Assembly: GCA_963700145.1 (NCBI GenBank)
Contig: OY969474.1
Coordinates: 2,240,001 to 2,304,000 of the forward strand
Source of the DNA: an uncultured Acidobacteriota bacterium
GTDB taxonomy: Bacteria; Acidobacteriota; Thermoanaerobaculia; Multivoradales; UBA5704
Direction of reading: 5' to 3'
Length of the DNA stretch: 64,000 nucleotides
Below the pieces are notes generated by a model. The model made no database searches and was not told where the DNA came from. It was given only the letters and a program-made list of their open reading frames with translations. Of the stretch, positions 53,440 to 62,953 are shown piece by piece. Numbering within the stretch: position 1 is the stretch's first letter; every line of letters begins with the position of its first letter. Both the position numbers and the translations under genes were made by a program.

Positions 53440-54215
53440 ACCTTGTGCGGCATCCCGATCGCCTCGAAGATGCTGTCGCGCACCTCGAGGTAGCGGCGGG
53501 CCGAGAGGTCGCGCGGGTGCGGGATGCCGACCTCGACGACGCGGCGGATCGTCGCCGGGCGCTGCGACATGACGACGACGCGGTCGGCGAGCTGCACCGA
53601 TTCCTCGACGTCGTGGGTGACGAAGAGGATCGTCTTGCGCTCCGCCTCCCAGATGCGCAGCAGCTCGCGGCGCAGGGTCAGCCGGGTGAGCGAGTCGAGG
53701 GCGCCGAACGGCTCGTCGAGGTAGAGGACGTCGGGGTCGACCGCCAGCGCCCGCGCCACCTCGACGCGCTGCTTCATGCCGCCGGAGAGCTCGTGCGGGT
53801 AGGCGCCCTCGAACCCCTCGAGGCCGACCAGCTCGACGTAGTGGCGGATGCGCTCGGCGCGCTCGGCGGCCGGCAGGCGCCCGAGGCCGAAGCCGATGTT
53901 GCCTTCGACGGTGAGCCAGGGGAAGACGCCGCGCTCCTGGAAGACGAAGATGCGGCGCGGGTCGGGCCCGGCGACCTCCTCGCCGTCGATCGCGATCGAG
54001 CCCGCCGTCGGGCGCAGGAAACCGCCGACGAGGTTCAAGAGCGTCGACTTGCCGCACCCCGAGGGGCCGAGCAGGCAGACGAGCTCCCCCTCGCGCACCT
54101 CGAGGTCGATGTCGCGTAGCACCTCGACGCGCTTGCCGTCGGCCTCGAAGGTCATCGAGAGACCGGCGATCCGCACCTTGACCGGCCGCGCGTCCGGCCG
54201 CGGGACGGGCATCAT
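53436..54215 (-). CDS. ABC ATPase (TauB/SsuB type)
   Basis: GPSGCGKST, LSGGMKQR, LDEPFGALD, VTHD. Confidence 0.93.
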   Translation of the reverse strand: MMPVPRPDARPVKVRIAGLSMTFEADGKRVEVLRDIDLEVREGELVCLLGPSGCGKSTLLNLVGGFLRPTAGSIAIDGEEVAGPDPRRIFVFQERGVFPWLTVEGNIGFGLGRLPAAERAERIRHYVELVGLEGFEGAYPHELSGGMKQRVEVARALAVDPDVLYLDEPFGALDSLTRLTLRRELLRIWEAERKTILFVTHDVEESVQLADRVVVMSQRPATIRRVVEVGIPHPRDLSARRYLEVRDSIFEAIGMPHKV

Positions 54216-54982
54216 GCGCGGGCCTCCGCATAGCCCCAGCGCAGGGCCGGCAGGCGCTCCAGGCGGCGGATCGCGGCGTCGAGCGCCAGGCCGACGAGGC
54301 CGATCAGCGCCATCCCAGCGACCACCAAGTCGTAGCGGTTGCCGGCGTTGCGCGCGTCCACGATCAGGAAGCCGAGCCCGGAGTTGACGGCGATCATCTC
54401 CGCCGCCACCACGACCAGCCAGGCGATGCCCAGGGCGAGCCGCAGCGCGACGAGGAGCTGCGGCAGGACGGCGGGCAGCACGACCTTGCGCACCAGGTCG
54501 GCCGGCGGCAGCCGGAAGTTGCGCCCGGCCTGGAGGTGCACGCCCGAGATGTTGCGCACAGCGTGGCTCGCGGCCATCGCCAGCGGCAGGAAGGAGGCGA
54601 GGAAGATGATGAAGACGGCGGCCAGGTCGCCGACGCCGAACCAGAGGATCGAGATCGGGATCCAGGCGAGCGGCGAGATCGGCCGCAGCACTTCGAGGAG
54701 CGGCCCCACCGCGAGCTGCCCGCGCCGCCGCCAGCCGAGGAGGAGCCCGAAGGGCACGGCGAGGACGACGGCCGCCAGGTACCCCCAGGTGACGCGGAAG
54801 AGCGAGGCCACCAAGTGCTTGACGAGGAGCCCGTTGGCGGCCAGCTCGCCGAGCGCGCGGGCGACCGCCGCCGGGCCGGGGAGGAGGCGCTCGCCGGAGA
54901 GGCGGATCGCCAGGTCCCACAGCAGAACGAGGGCCGCCAAGCCAGAAAGCGCCAGCAGGCGGACGGCGAGCTCCCGCCTCAA
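54212..54982 (-). CDS. ABC permease (TauC/SsuC type)
   Basis: LRPISPLAWIP, WLVVVAAEM, GLGFL. Confidence 0.9.
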   Translation of the reverse strand: MRRELAVRLLALSGLAALVLLWDLAIRLSGERLLPGPAAVARALGELAANGLLVKHLVASLFRVTWGYLAAVVLAVPFGLLLGWRRRGQLAVGPLLEVLRPISPLAWIPISILWFGVGDLAAVFIIFLASFLPLAMAASHAVRNISGVHLQAGRNFRLPPADLVRKVVLPAVLPQLLVALRLALGIAWLVVVAAEMIAVNSGLGFLIVDARNAGNRYDLVVAGMALIGLVGLALDAAIRRLERLPALRWGYAEARA

Positions 54983-55317
54983 GACGGCACCTCGGCCGTC
55001 TCCCCCTCCTCGTCCCCGATCCCGAGGTAGCGCTCGACCGCCACGCCGACGCGCCGCGCGAAGCGCTGCTTGTAGCTCTCGACCTCCCCGACCGGCTCGT
55101 CGAGGAAGATCCGCTCGACCCGGAAGAGCGGCGCGAACATCGTCGAGAGCCCGAGGTTCCTCTCGCCGCGCGCCGCCTCCCCCATCCAGTCGTCGAAGCT
55201 CGAGAGGTTGATGCCGCGCAACGTCACCCCGACCAGCTCCAGCCCTTCGAGCACCCCCCAGAACTTCTCCGTCGGGTTGCTCAGGTGGACGATGACGATC
55301 GAGCCGCGCGGGATCAC
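54979..55317 (-). CDS. hypothetical protein (Sm-like beta fold possible)
   Basis: Overlaps both neighbours by 4 nt; EKFWGVL..GVTLRG. Confidence 0.7.
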   Translation of the reverse strand: MIPRGSIVIVHLSNPTEKFWGVLEGLELVGVTLRGINLSSFDDWMGEAARGERNLGLSTMFAPLFRVERIFLDEPVGEVESYKQRFARRVGVAVERYLGIGDEEGETAEVPS

Positions 55318-55769
55318 GGGATCTCCTCGTCGAGGGCGGCGGCGGGGGCGCCGCCGTCGGTTTCCTCCTCGGTCCCCGGCTGCGAGAGCTCGAGGAGCAC
55401 CCCGCCCGTCGAGCGCGGATGGACGAACTGCACCCAGCAGCCGCCGGCGCCGCGCGTGGGCGCGGGGCGGAGCACCTGGAAGCCGCCGGCGCGGAGGCGC
55501 GCGTCGTCGCCGGCCAGGTCGTCGCTGCCGAGACAGACGTGGTGGATGCCGGGGCCGCGCTTCTCCAGGAAGCGGGCGATCGGCGAGTCGGGCCCGAGCG
55601 GCTCGAGGAGCTCGATCAGGCTCTCGCCGCAGGGGATGAGCGCCACGCGCACGCCCTCCTCCGGCACCTCCTCGATCGCCGTGACGGCGAGCCCCAGCGC
55701 CTCGTAGAGCGCGCGCCCCTCGGCGATCGAGCGGACGGCGATGCCGAGGTGGTCGATCTTGCGGATCAC
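55314..55769 (-). CDS. mce: methylmalonyl-CoA epimerase
   Basis: IDHLGIAV, IELLEP, GPGIHH, FVHPRSTGGVLLEL. Confidence 0.92.
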   Translation of the reverse strand: MIRKIDHLGIAVRSIAEGRALYEALGLAVTAIEEVPEEGVRVALIPCGESLIELLEPLGPDSPIARFLEKRGPGIHHVCLGSDDLAGDDARLRAGGFQVLRPAPTRGAGGCWVQFVHPRSTGGVLLELSQPGTEEETDGGAPAAALDEEIP

Positions 55770-56761
55770 GTCTGCCCCTCGGCCGGCGCGCCTTCCAGAA
55801 CCCCGGTGAACAGCCGCTCGGCGACGCGGTAGGGGTCGAGCCGGTCGGCGAAGCCGCGCTCGACCTCGCGCTCGACGCCGAGCGTCTGGTCGGCGGCGCG
55901 CAGCACCCGCTCCTTCAGGATCGCCTCGACGCGCAGCCGCAGGTGCGCCTGCCGCCGCTTCTCCAGCTCGCCGCTTCCCGCCAGCCAGGCGCGGTGCCGC
56001 TCCACTTCTTCCAACACCTGCGGCACCCCCTCGTCGCGGCTCGCCACCGTGCGCACGATCGGCGGGTGCCATGCGGCCGCGCCGCTGCCGTCGTCCTCGG
56101 CCAAGTGGAGCATGAAGCGGAGGTCCTTCTCGGTGCGGTCCGCGCCGTCGCGGTCGGCCTTGTTGAGGACGAAGACGTCGGCAATCTCCATCAGCCCGGC
56201 CTTGATCGCCTGGATGTCGTCGCCGAGGCCGGGGATGGTGACGACGACCACCGTCTCGACGCTGCGCACCACGTCCACCTCGTCCTGCCCCACGCCCACC
56301 GTCTCGACCAGCACCCAGTCGAAGCCGGCGGCGTCGAGGACGTCCACGGCGTCGTGGGTGGCGCGGGCGAGGCCGCCCATCGCGCCGCGCGTCGCCATCG
56401 AGCGGATGAAGACGCCGGGGTCGGTGTAGAGCTTCTGCATGCGGATGCGGTCGCCCAGGAGGGCGCCGCCGGTGTAGGGGCTGGTCGGGTCCACGGCGAG
56501 GATGCCGACCGTCTCGCCGCGGGCGCGGACGAGGCGGGCGAGGCGGTCGACGAGGGTGCTCTTGCCGGCGCCCGGCGGGCCGGTGACGCCGACGACGCGC
56601 GCCCGGCCCGTCTTGCCGTAGACGCGGCCGATCAGCTCGCGCTGCGCGGCGCCGCCGTCCTCGGCCAGCGAGATGGCGCGCGCCACCGCCCGCGGCTCGC
56701 GCGCCAGCAGGCGCGGCACGAGCGCGTCGAGCGCCGCCTCGCGCGCCGCCACCGCCGTCAA
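55766..56761 (-). CDS. meaB: methylmalonyl-CoA mutase-associated GTPase
   Basis: GPPGAGKST, AVDPTSP..GGALLGDRIRM, ETVGVGQ, NKAD. Confidence 0.93.
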   Translation of the reverse strand: MTAVAAREAALDALVPRLLAREPRAVARAISLAEDGGAAQRELIGRVYGKTGRARVVGVTGPPGAGKSTLVDRLARLVRARGETVGILAVDPTSPYTGGALLGDRIRMQKLYTDPGVFIRSMATRGAMGGLARATHDAVDVLDAAGFDWVLVETVGVGQDEVDVVRSVETVVVVTIPGLGDDIQAIKAGLMEIADVFVLNKADRDGADRTEKDLRFMLHLAEDDGSGAAAWHPPIVRTVASRDEGVPQVLEEVERHRAWLAGSGELEKRRQAHLRLRVEAILKERVLRAADQTLGVEREVERGFADRLDPYRVAERLFTGVLEGAPAEGQT

Positions 56762-57906
56762 CCCTTCTTCAGGAGCTGGCGGGCGATGACCAGGCGCTGG
56801 ATCTCGCTCGTCCCCTCGCCGATCGTGCAGATCTTGCAGTCGCGGAAGTACTTCTCGGCGCGGTAGTCCTTGATGAAGCCGTAGCCGCCGTGGATCTGCA
56901 CGCCGCGCTCGGCGCAGAAGACCGCGGCCTCGCCGGCGTAGAGCTTGGCCTCGGAGGCGAGGCGCGTCACCTTCTGGCCGCGGTCGAGCGCCTCGGCGGC
57001 GGCGTAGGTCAGGATCTCGGCGGCGGCGATGCGCGTGGCCATCTCGGCGAGCGCGAACTGAATCGCCTGAAACGACGCGATCGGCTGGCCGAACTGCTCG
57101 CGCTCCTTGGCGTAGGCGACCGAGGCGTCGAAGGCGCCGATCGCAGTGCCGAGGCCGAGCGCGGCGATCGAGATACGGCCGCCGTCGAGGATCTCCATCG
57201 CCTGGCGGAAGCCCTCGCCGGGCGCGCCGAGGAGGCGGTCCTCGCCGACGAAGCAGTCCTCCATCACCACCTCGGCGGTGTCGGAGGCGCGGATGCCGAG
57301 CTTGTTCTCCTTCTTGCCCGGGCGGAAGCCGTCCATCCCCTTGTCGAGGACGAAGGCGGAGATGTTGCGGTTGCGGGGGCCGTCCGGGTCGGTGACCGCG
57401 AAGACGACGCAGACGTCGCCCACCGAGCCGTGGGTGGTGAAGGTCTTGGCGCCGTTGAGCACCCAGCCGCCGTCGCGCCGCTCCGCGCGGGTGCGAGTGC
57501 CGGCGGCGTCGGAGCCGGCGCCCGGCTCGGTCAGGCTCCAGGCGCCGATCTTCTCCCCCTTAGCCAGCGGCGTCAGCCAGCGGCGCCGCTGCTCCTCGGT
57601 GCCGAAGCGGTAGATGTGGTTGCTGCAGAGTGAGTTGTGGGCGGCGACGCTGATCCCGACCGAAGGGTCCACCTTGGACAGCTCGGTGACAACGATCACG
57701 TACTCGACGTACCCCAGCCCCGCGCCGCCGTACTCCTCGGGGAAGAGCACGCCGAGGAAGCCGAGCTCCCCGGCCTTGGCCATCACCTCGCGCGGGAAGC
57801 GCTGGCTCTCATCGATCTCGTCGACGAGCGGATCCACCTCCTGCCGCGCGAACTCCCGCGCCGTCTCCTGGATGGCGCGCTGCTCCGGCGTGAACGAGAA
57901 GTCCAA
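56758..57906 (-). CDS. acyl-CoA dehydrogenase
   Basis: LTEPGAGSD, REQFGQPI, QIHGGYG, IGEGTSEIQR; likely TTG start. Confidence 0.93.
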   Translation of the reverse strand: MDFSFTPEQRAIQETAREFARQEVDPLVDEIDESQRFPREVMAKAGELGFLGVLFPEEYGGAGLGYVEYVIVVTELSKVDPSVGISVAAHNSLCSNHIYRFGTEEQRRRWLTPLAKGEKIGAWSLTEPGAGSDAAGTRTRAERRDGGWVLNGAKTFTTHGSVGDVCVVFAVTDPDGPRNRNISAFVLDKGMDGFRPGKKENKLGIRASDTAEVVMEDCFVGEDRLLGAPGEGFRQAMEILDGGRISIAALGLGTAIGAFDASVAYAKEREQFGQPIASFQAIQFALAEMATRIAAAEILTYAAAEALDRGQKVTRLASEAKLYAGEAAVFCAERGVQIHGGYGFIKDYRAEKYFRDCKICTIGEGTSEIQRLVIARQLLKKG

Positions 57907-58128
57907 GTGGGTCCCTTTCCGAGTCGTCGGATGGTATCGCGGCGGTGTCCGAGGGAGCAAAAGGCGCTTCCCGCCAGTAGTCTCCAGTTCTTGAGCTTCT
58001 CTCCGAGCCATGTCTCGGGCACGGCGGTTACCTCCTTGGGTGGGTCGGTTGGTGAAGCATGGCTCCGGGGGGTTCCCGGAGAGGTGGGAGATCCGGTCGG
58101 GACGGCTCCGGATAAGGGAACGCGACGC

Positions 58129-58330
58129 CCGGATAGATCCGCGCGACGGCCGGATACATCCGCGGCGCGTCCGGATACATCCGCGGGCCGTCCGGATACA
58201 TCCGCGGCGCTTCCGGATCGATCCGCGCCGCTTCCGGACATATCCTCGACACTTCCGGATACATCCGCGGGAGCTCCGGATATGTCCGCCGCGCCTCCGG
58301 ATAGATCCGCCGCGCTGCCGAATACATCCC
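58129..58330. repeat. 21-bp-period array, 10 units with palindromic core CGGAT-NN-ATCCG
   Basis: Units start at 58129, 58150 ... 58318. Confidence 0.9.
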
Positions 58331-58525
58331 CAGGCCTTGGGAAGGCGTCCGGAGACCTCTAGGCGACCTCCGGAGAGGACGCGCGGGGGTCTTCCGCCGC
58401 CGCGGGGTCATTTACGCCACCTTCTCCAGCTCCGCCGCGAGCTCCAGCTCCTCCGGAGTCAGGGCGCGAAGGTGCGCGGCCCAAAGCTATGATGCCCGCC
58501 TTCTGCCAACAGGGAGGGCGAGCGG

Positions 58526-59545
58526 ATGACCGTCGCTGACGCGATCGCGCAGTTCCTCTTCCACTGCCGCTACGAGAAGAACCTCAGCCCCAAGACCCTA
58601 AAGGCCTACGGCATCGACCTCCGGCAGTTCGCCGAGCACCTGGCGAGCCGCCAGCCCGCTCCGGAGGCGATCGAAGCGGTAGACAAGACGGCGCTGCGCG
58701 AGTTCATCCGCGAGCTCTTCGGCCGCTTGGCCGAGAAGAGCGTCAAGCGGAAGGTCGCGACGCTCAAGGCGCTGTACCATTTCCTTGAGCGGGAGGACGT
58801 ACTGGCCGCAAGCCCGTTCCGCAAGATGGATGTCCGCATCAAGGCCACACGCCGGCTGCCGAGGACTGTGGCGTTGACCGACCTCCGGCGCCTGTTTGCG
58901 CACCTCTACCGCGAGAAAGCGCGGCATCCCAACTGCAAGTCCCAGGCATACCGGGAACTCGTGCGGGACATGGCCGTCTTGGAGGTACTCTTCGGGACAG
59001 GAGCTCGGGTGTCCGAGGTATGCAGTCTTACTGCCGACGCGGTGGACCTTCGTAGAGGTCGCATTCGATTCCTAGGCAAGGGCGCGAAGGAACGAATACT
59101 GCGGCTCTCTGATCCTGAGGCCCTTGCTACGCTCCGCGACTATTCCTGCCTCTGGGCCGTGGAGGTAGCAACCAATGGTTATTTCTTTCATAATCGCCTG
59201 GGACGACGGCTCTCCGAGCAATCCGCGCGGACAATGCTGTGCAAGCACGTCTGCGCCTCCGGCCTTCGACTCCACATGACTCCGCATATGCTCCGGCATT
59301 CAGTCGCTACTCTCTTGCTGGAGGAAGGCGTAGATATCAGGTATATCCAGCACCTGCTTGGCCACAGCTCTCTCTTGACAACCCAGCTTTACACCCAGGT
59401 CTCAGAGCAGCCTTATCACCAGATCCTCGCCTCCAACCATCCCCGGCGCCATCTCCGCACCGCGCCACCTAGAGTACAAGCATCCTCGACGAGCCTGCCG
59501 ACTGCCTCCTGTCATCCACGTCGCTTGCATAGTTCCTCACCTTGA
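58526..59545 (+). CDS. tyrosine recombinase (XerC/D-like)
   Basis: Full catalytic set: GARVSE, GKGAKER, TPHMLRH, LLGHS, TQLY; N-terminal SAM-like domain. Confidence 0.93.
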   Translation: MTVADAIAQFLFHCRYEKNLSPKTLKAYGIDLRQFAEHLASRQPAPEAIEAVDKTALREFIRELFGRLAEKSVKRKVATLKALYHFLEREDVLAASPFRKMDVRIKATRRLPRTVALTDLRRLFAHLYREKARHPNCKSQAYRELVRDMAVLEVLFGTGARVSEVCSLTADAVDLRRGRIRFLGKGAKERILRLSDPEALATLRDYSCLWAVEVATNGYFFHNRLGRRLSEQSARTMLCKHVCASGLRLHMTPHMLRHSVATLLLEEGVDIRYIQHLLGHSSLLTTQLYTQVSEQPYHQILASNHPRRHLRTAPPRVQASSTSLPTASCHPRRLHSSSP

Positions 59546-59588
59546 GCTAGACTTTGACCAACTACTGTACTCGGATCGACTCTGGCTA

Positions 59589-59610
59589 GATAACTAGGGA
59601 TTATCGTGCA
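59589..59610 (+). repeat. 22-bp recombination-site-like inverted repeat, left
   Basis: GATAACTAGGGATTATCGTGCA; exact reverse complement at 61665-61686. Confidence 0.88.
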
Positions 59611-59845
59611 ATTATGGCTCTCCTCAAACTTGGTGTGGGTAACTAAACGGCCCCCTGGTAGGGATAGGCGAGCGGCCGGTGGCCGTGGGAGGCGCGGGAA
59701 AGCCCGTCCCACCGGCCTTCCGCGGACTTCCGCCCCTCCCACTGGCCCGACTACGGCCTCGTAGAAGGCCGGGTGTAAGAGGGTGTACAAGAACGCGACG
59801 GCGCCAATCGGCCTAACTTTTTCCTTCCTGCTCCTACTTCCTCGC

Positions 59846-60832
59846 ATGGCCCGCCGCCAACCCACAGCTACTGAAGGAGAGCCGCAATCACCGTCGCCGT
59901 TGCGCCTGGTGTGGCTCGCCTTCTGGGGCTTCGCAATCAGTCTTGCTTATGGACTATGCGCTGCCGGAATCGTCTACGCTATCGAAGGAAAGTACGATGC
60001 CCAGCAGTTCCTCATCATGTATATCGGGCGCTTCAACATGCTGGTGACGACCGGTCTAATCATCGCCACAGTTCTGATCATAGGGGCTTCGCAAGATGTC
60101 ATTCCTGATACGATTGAAGCTGCTTTCACTGACGAGGATTTGGCAGACACGGACTACTCCGAGCCGCGAAAGTACTATTCGAGCATCGCATCAACGGTTT
60201 CCTTTGCATCACTAATGATCATTCTTGGTCTAGCGGTCTTTACGCTGTGCCGGTTTCCGCTCTCAGGCGCAGGGCACACATTTCTGCTGATCGCCGGGTG
60301 CATGCAGTGGGCGCTCGCCAGTTATGTCGGCAGGAAGCTGCGCCACGCCGGGATGATGATCCACTCCCTGCAAAAGATCCAAGTTAGACGGAACCTCTTT
60401 CAGGAGCGTGCACTCGACCCCATCAACACGGCCGTGCACATCGCTACGACGCTGACCGTGGTGTTCATCTATCTGCACATCCGCAGTTATTACTATGGTC
60501 CATTCGAGTATGATGGGTTTCTCGGAAAGAGTGCCCAAGTTTTTCTTCTCCTGCCCGCAGTGATCGCCACGCCAATCTTGGTGATCTTCAACTTCTTCCC
60601 GCGCATTGTGCTCCGCAAGCTGTATGACAAGTCGATCGACGTCGAATTACAACTGCTACACACCGAACTGCAGAACGAAGCGTTGAGCCCTTTTGAGAAG
60701 CGGCGTAGACTGATGGAGGTCGACAAACTTTATCGCGATCAGTTGCAGTACAGCCTACAACTAACACTCAGCGATCTGCCGATCGGTATCACCGTCTTGA
60801 TCATGCTTATTCAGCCGCTGTTGAAGAACTGA
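59846..60832 (+). CDS. multi-pass membrane hypothetical protein
   Basis: About 7 hydrophobic segments; lower GC than the flanks; start uncertain. Confidence 0.78.
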   Translation: MARRQPTATEGEPQSPSPLRLVWLAFWGFAISLAYGLCAAGIVYAIEGKYDAQQFLIMYIGRFNMLVTTGLIIATVLIIGASQDVIPDTIEAAFTDEDLADTDYSEPRKYYSSIASTVSFASLMIILGLAVFTLCRFPLSGAGHTFLLIAGCMQWALASYVGRKLRHAGMMIHSLQKIQVRRNLFQERALDPINTAVHIATTLTVVFIYLHIRSYYYGPFEYDGFLGKSAQVFLLLPAVIATPILVIFNFFPRIVLRKLYDKSIDVELQLLHTELQNEALSPFEKRRRLMEVDKLYRDQLQYSLQLTLSDLPIGITVLIMLIQPLLKN

Positions 60833-60877
60833 GAGAGCCCCGACACTGCGCACGGCGGCGAATCGGCGGCGGCCGCG

Positions 60878-61669
60878 TCATAACAAAAAATACAATCCAA
60901 ACGCAACTTCCAGCTTCATCAGCGCCAGTGCTACCGCTTGACGATTTAGGTAAAACCAGTAGACGTAGGATGTCGCCAGTACCAAGGCCATTGCGAGCAG
61001 ACATACTACAGCGACCATATCGCGGATCTGCGAACACAGCATGATCACCGCCAGACCTTGCTGGGCAAAGGCCGCCCGCGCAACATACTTGGGATTGATT
61101 CGATGGAGGACGGAAATCGGATCCCCCGGCCGGTCGGGAAGGTCTTTGCATAATTCGCGACCCAGCATCGAGAGAAACAATGCGACGGCGACCACTCGAA
61201 GACGGGCAGCGTCAGCGGGAAAGTGCGTCATCAAGATCAATACAGGAACGGTCGTTGTTGCGGCGACGTATAGCGATTTCAGTGCCGGCAGGTACTCGAC
61301 CACGTAGCGATAGCTGATGCACGCTGCAAAACCCGCGTAGTAAAGAAATGCGGTTTCGATGCGTTGGACGAAAGAACGAGTTGTCAGCAGCGCGAGCGCC
61401 AAGCACGCGTAATAAAGAACGACGACAAATATGAGCGTGACATCTCCTTTCGGGAGAGGCCGGTCCGGGTGATTGATGCGATCTTTCTCCACATCATCCA
61501 GGTCATTGAGTATGTAGGTGCACATGGCCCCGAATAGGAGCGGCACGGCAGCCCGGAAACTAAGGGTGAGGTCTCTCGTTCGCGCAAGCATGGGCAGGAG
61601 GATTGACAAAACGGCCAGTCCGGACGAGTATGGCCGCATCAATCGCAGTGCTGCACGTGCCCGCTGCAC
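60878..61669 (-). CDS. UbiA family prenyltransferase
   Basis: LMRP, NDLDDVEKDRINHPDRPLPKG, RELCKDLPDRPGD. Confidence 0.88.
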   Translation of the reverse strand: MQRARAALRLMRPYSSGLAVLSILLPMLARTRDLTLSFRAAVPLLFGAMCTYILNDLDDVEKDRINHPDRPLPKGDVTLIFVVVLYYACLALALLTTRSFVQRIETAFLYYAGFAACISYRYVVEYLPALKSLYVAATTTVPVLILMTHFPADAARLRVVAVALFLSMLGRELCKDLPDRPGDPISVLHRINPKYVARAAFAQQGLAVIMLCSQIRDMVAVVCLLAMALVLATSYVYWFYLNRQAVALALMKLEVAFGLYFLL

Positions 61670-61686
61670 GATAATCCCTAGTTATC
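61665..61686 (-). repeat. 22-bp recombination-site-like inverted repeat, right
   Basis: TGCACGATAATCCCTAGTTATC; contains the predicted GTG start of the UbiA gene. Confidence 0.88.
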
Positions 61687-61865
61687 GTTGGACGGAAAGG
61701 GCATCACCCTCCGGACACATTTCCAGAGGGATGAGTGCAGGTGTATAGAGGGCGAGTCGGCTAAGCTAGCGGGCTATGAATCGCCATCTCAGACGGGTCT
61801 GGCGAGCTGAGGCCGTTCGCGCTAATTTCTTACGGATCGACCTAGCCGCGCAGTCTGCCTGAAGG

Positions 61866-62474
61866 GTGGCAGCCCGCATCCCCCTCTGGCTGAAGCTCCT
61901 CTACACCGCCTGGCTGGCGGTGTGGGTGCCGGCGGTTTGGCGGAACAGCGGCCTGGAGAACTTCTTCTGGCTGTGCGACGTGGCGAACATCCTTGTCGGG
62001 GTGGCGCTCTGGCTGGAGAGCCCACTGCTGCTCTCGGCGCAGGCGGTGGGGGTGCTGCTGGTACAGGTCTTCTGGACGGTGGATTACCTCGGGGCGCTCC
62101 TCACGGGCCACCATCCGATCGGCGGCACGGAGTACATGTTCAACGCCGCCGAGCCGCTCTGGATGCGGTCGCTGTCGCTGTTCCACATGGCGCTGCCGCC
62201 GCTGCTGATCTGGGGCGTGCGCCGCCTGGGCTACGACCGCCGGGGGTTCTGGCTGCAGACGGCGCTGACCTGCTTCCTGCTGCCGGCGACCCTCCTCCTG
62301 ACCGACCCGGCGCGCAACCTCAACTGGGTCTGGGACCCGTTCGGGATCGAGCAGCGGTGGCTCCAGGCCGAACACTACGTCCTGGCGCTGATGCTCCTCT
62401 ACCCGCTTCTCCTCTACCTCCCGGCCCACCTCCTGCTCTCCCTCTGGACGCGACGGGCTAGACTTCCCAAGTGA
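61866..62474 (+). CDS. membrane protein of unknown function
   Basis: NFFWLCD, GGTEYMF, SLFH, NLNW; about 6 TM helices. Confidence 0.8.
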   Translation: MAARIPLWLKLLYTAWLAVWVPAVWRNSGLENFFWLCDVANILVGVALWLESPLLLSAQAVGVLLVQVFWTVDYLGALLTGHHPIGGTEYMFNAAEPLWMRSLSLFHMALPPLLIWGVRRLGYDRRGFWLQTALTCFLLPATLLLTDPARNLNWVWDPFGIEQRWLQAEHYVLALMLLYPLLLYLPAHLLLSLWTRRARLPK

Positions 62475-62953
62475 TCGCTCTCGAAGAGGAGGTCGACCCG
62501 GCGCTGCTGATCGCGCCGTCCCGGCCGCTGGTCGTCCACTCGGACTTGGCGGTGCGGGCGGCGGTGGGGGCGCCGGCGGCGGCCGAGGCGCTGGCGACCT
62601 GGCGGCGGGAGGGGTCCCGGCTCATCGCCCCCGACCTCTGGGCCGGCGAGGCGGTGGGGGCGCTGCGGCGGAGCGTCGCGCAGAAGGTGCTCTCCCGCGC
62701 CGAAGGGAAGGGAGCGCTGGCCCGCCTCTTCGCGCTGGGGATCGAGAGCGTGCCGGTGGATCTCCCGTTGGCGCGCCAGGCCTTCGACTGGGCCGAGCGC
62801 CTCGGCCAGCCGCGCGGCCAGGAGGCCTTCTACGTCGCCCTCGCCGAGCGCGAGCGCACGGCCCTCTGGACGACCAGCCGGCGCCTCGCCCTGCGCGCCC
62901 GCCAGGCCGGCGCCCTCTGGGTGCGCCACCTCGGGGAAGCCGCCCCCTCGTAA
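62471..62953 (+). CDS. PIN-domain (VapC-like) protein, degenerate
   Basis: LIAPDLW.GE, EAFYVALAER...LWT..RRL. Confidence 0.7.
   Translation: MIALEEEVDPALLIAPSRPLVVHSDLAVRAAVGAPAAAEALATWRREGSRLIAPDLWAGEAVGALRRSVAQKVLSRAEGKGALARLFALGIESVPVDLPLARQAFDWAERLGQPRGQEAFYVALAERERTALWTTSRRLALRARQAGALWVRHLGEAAPS

Noticed and set aside
58129-58330. CRISPR or 7-aa-repeat proteins for the 21-bp arrays (also at 12.6 and 40.4 kb)
   Set aside because: Units are too short for CRISPR; ORFs are open in several frames on both strands with no convincing RBS or preferred frame.
59589-59616. Chromosomal dif site or classical integron
   Set aside because: It does not match the dif XerD arm, occurs twice inverted, and no attC-like array or obvious IntI-specific insertion was seen.
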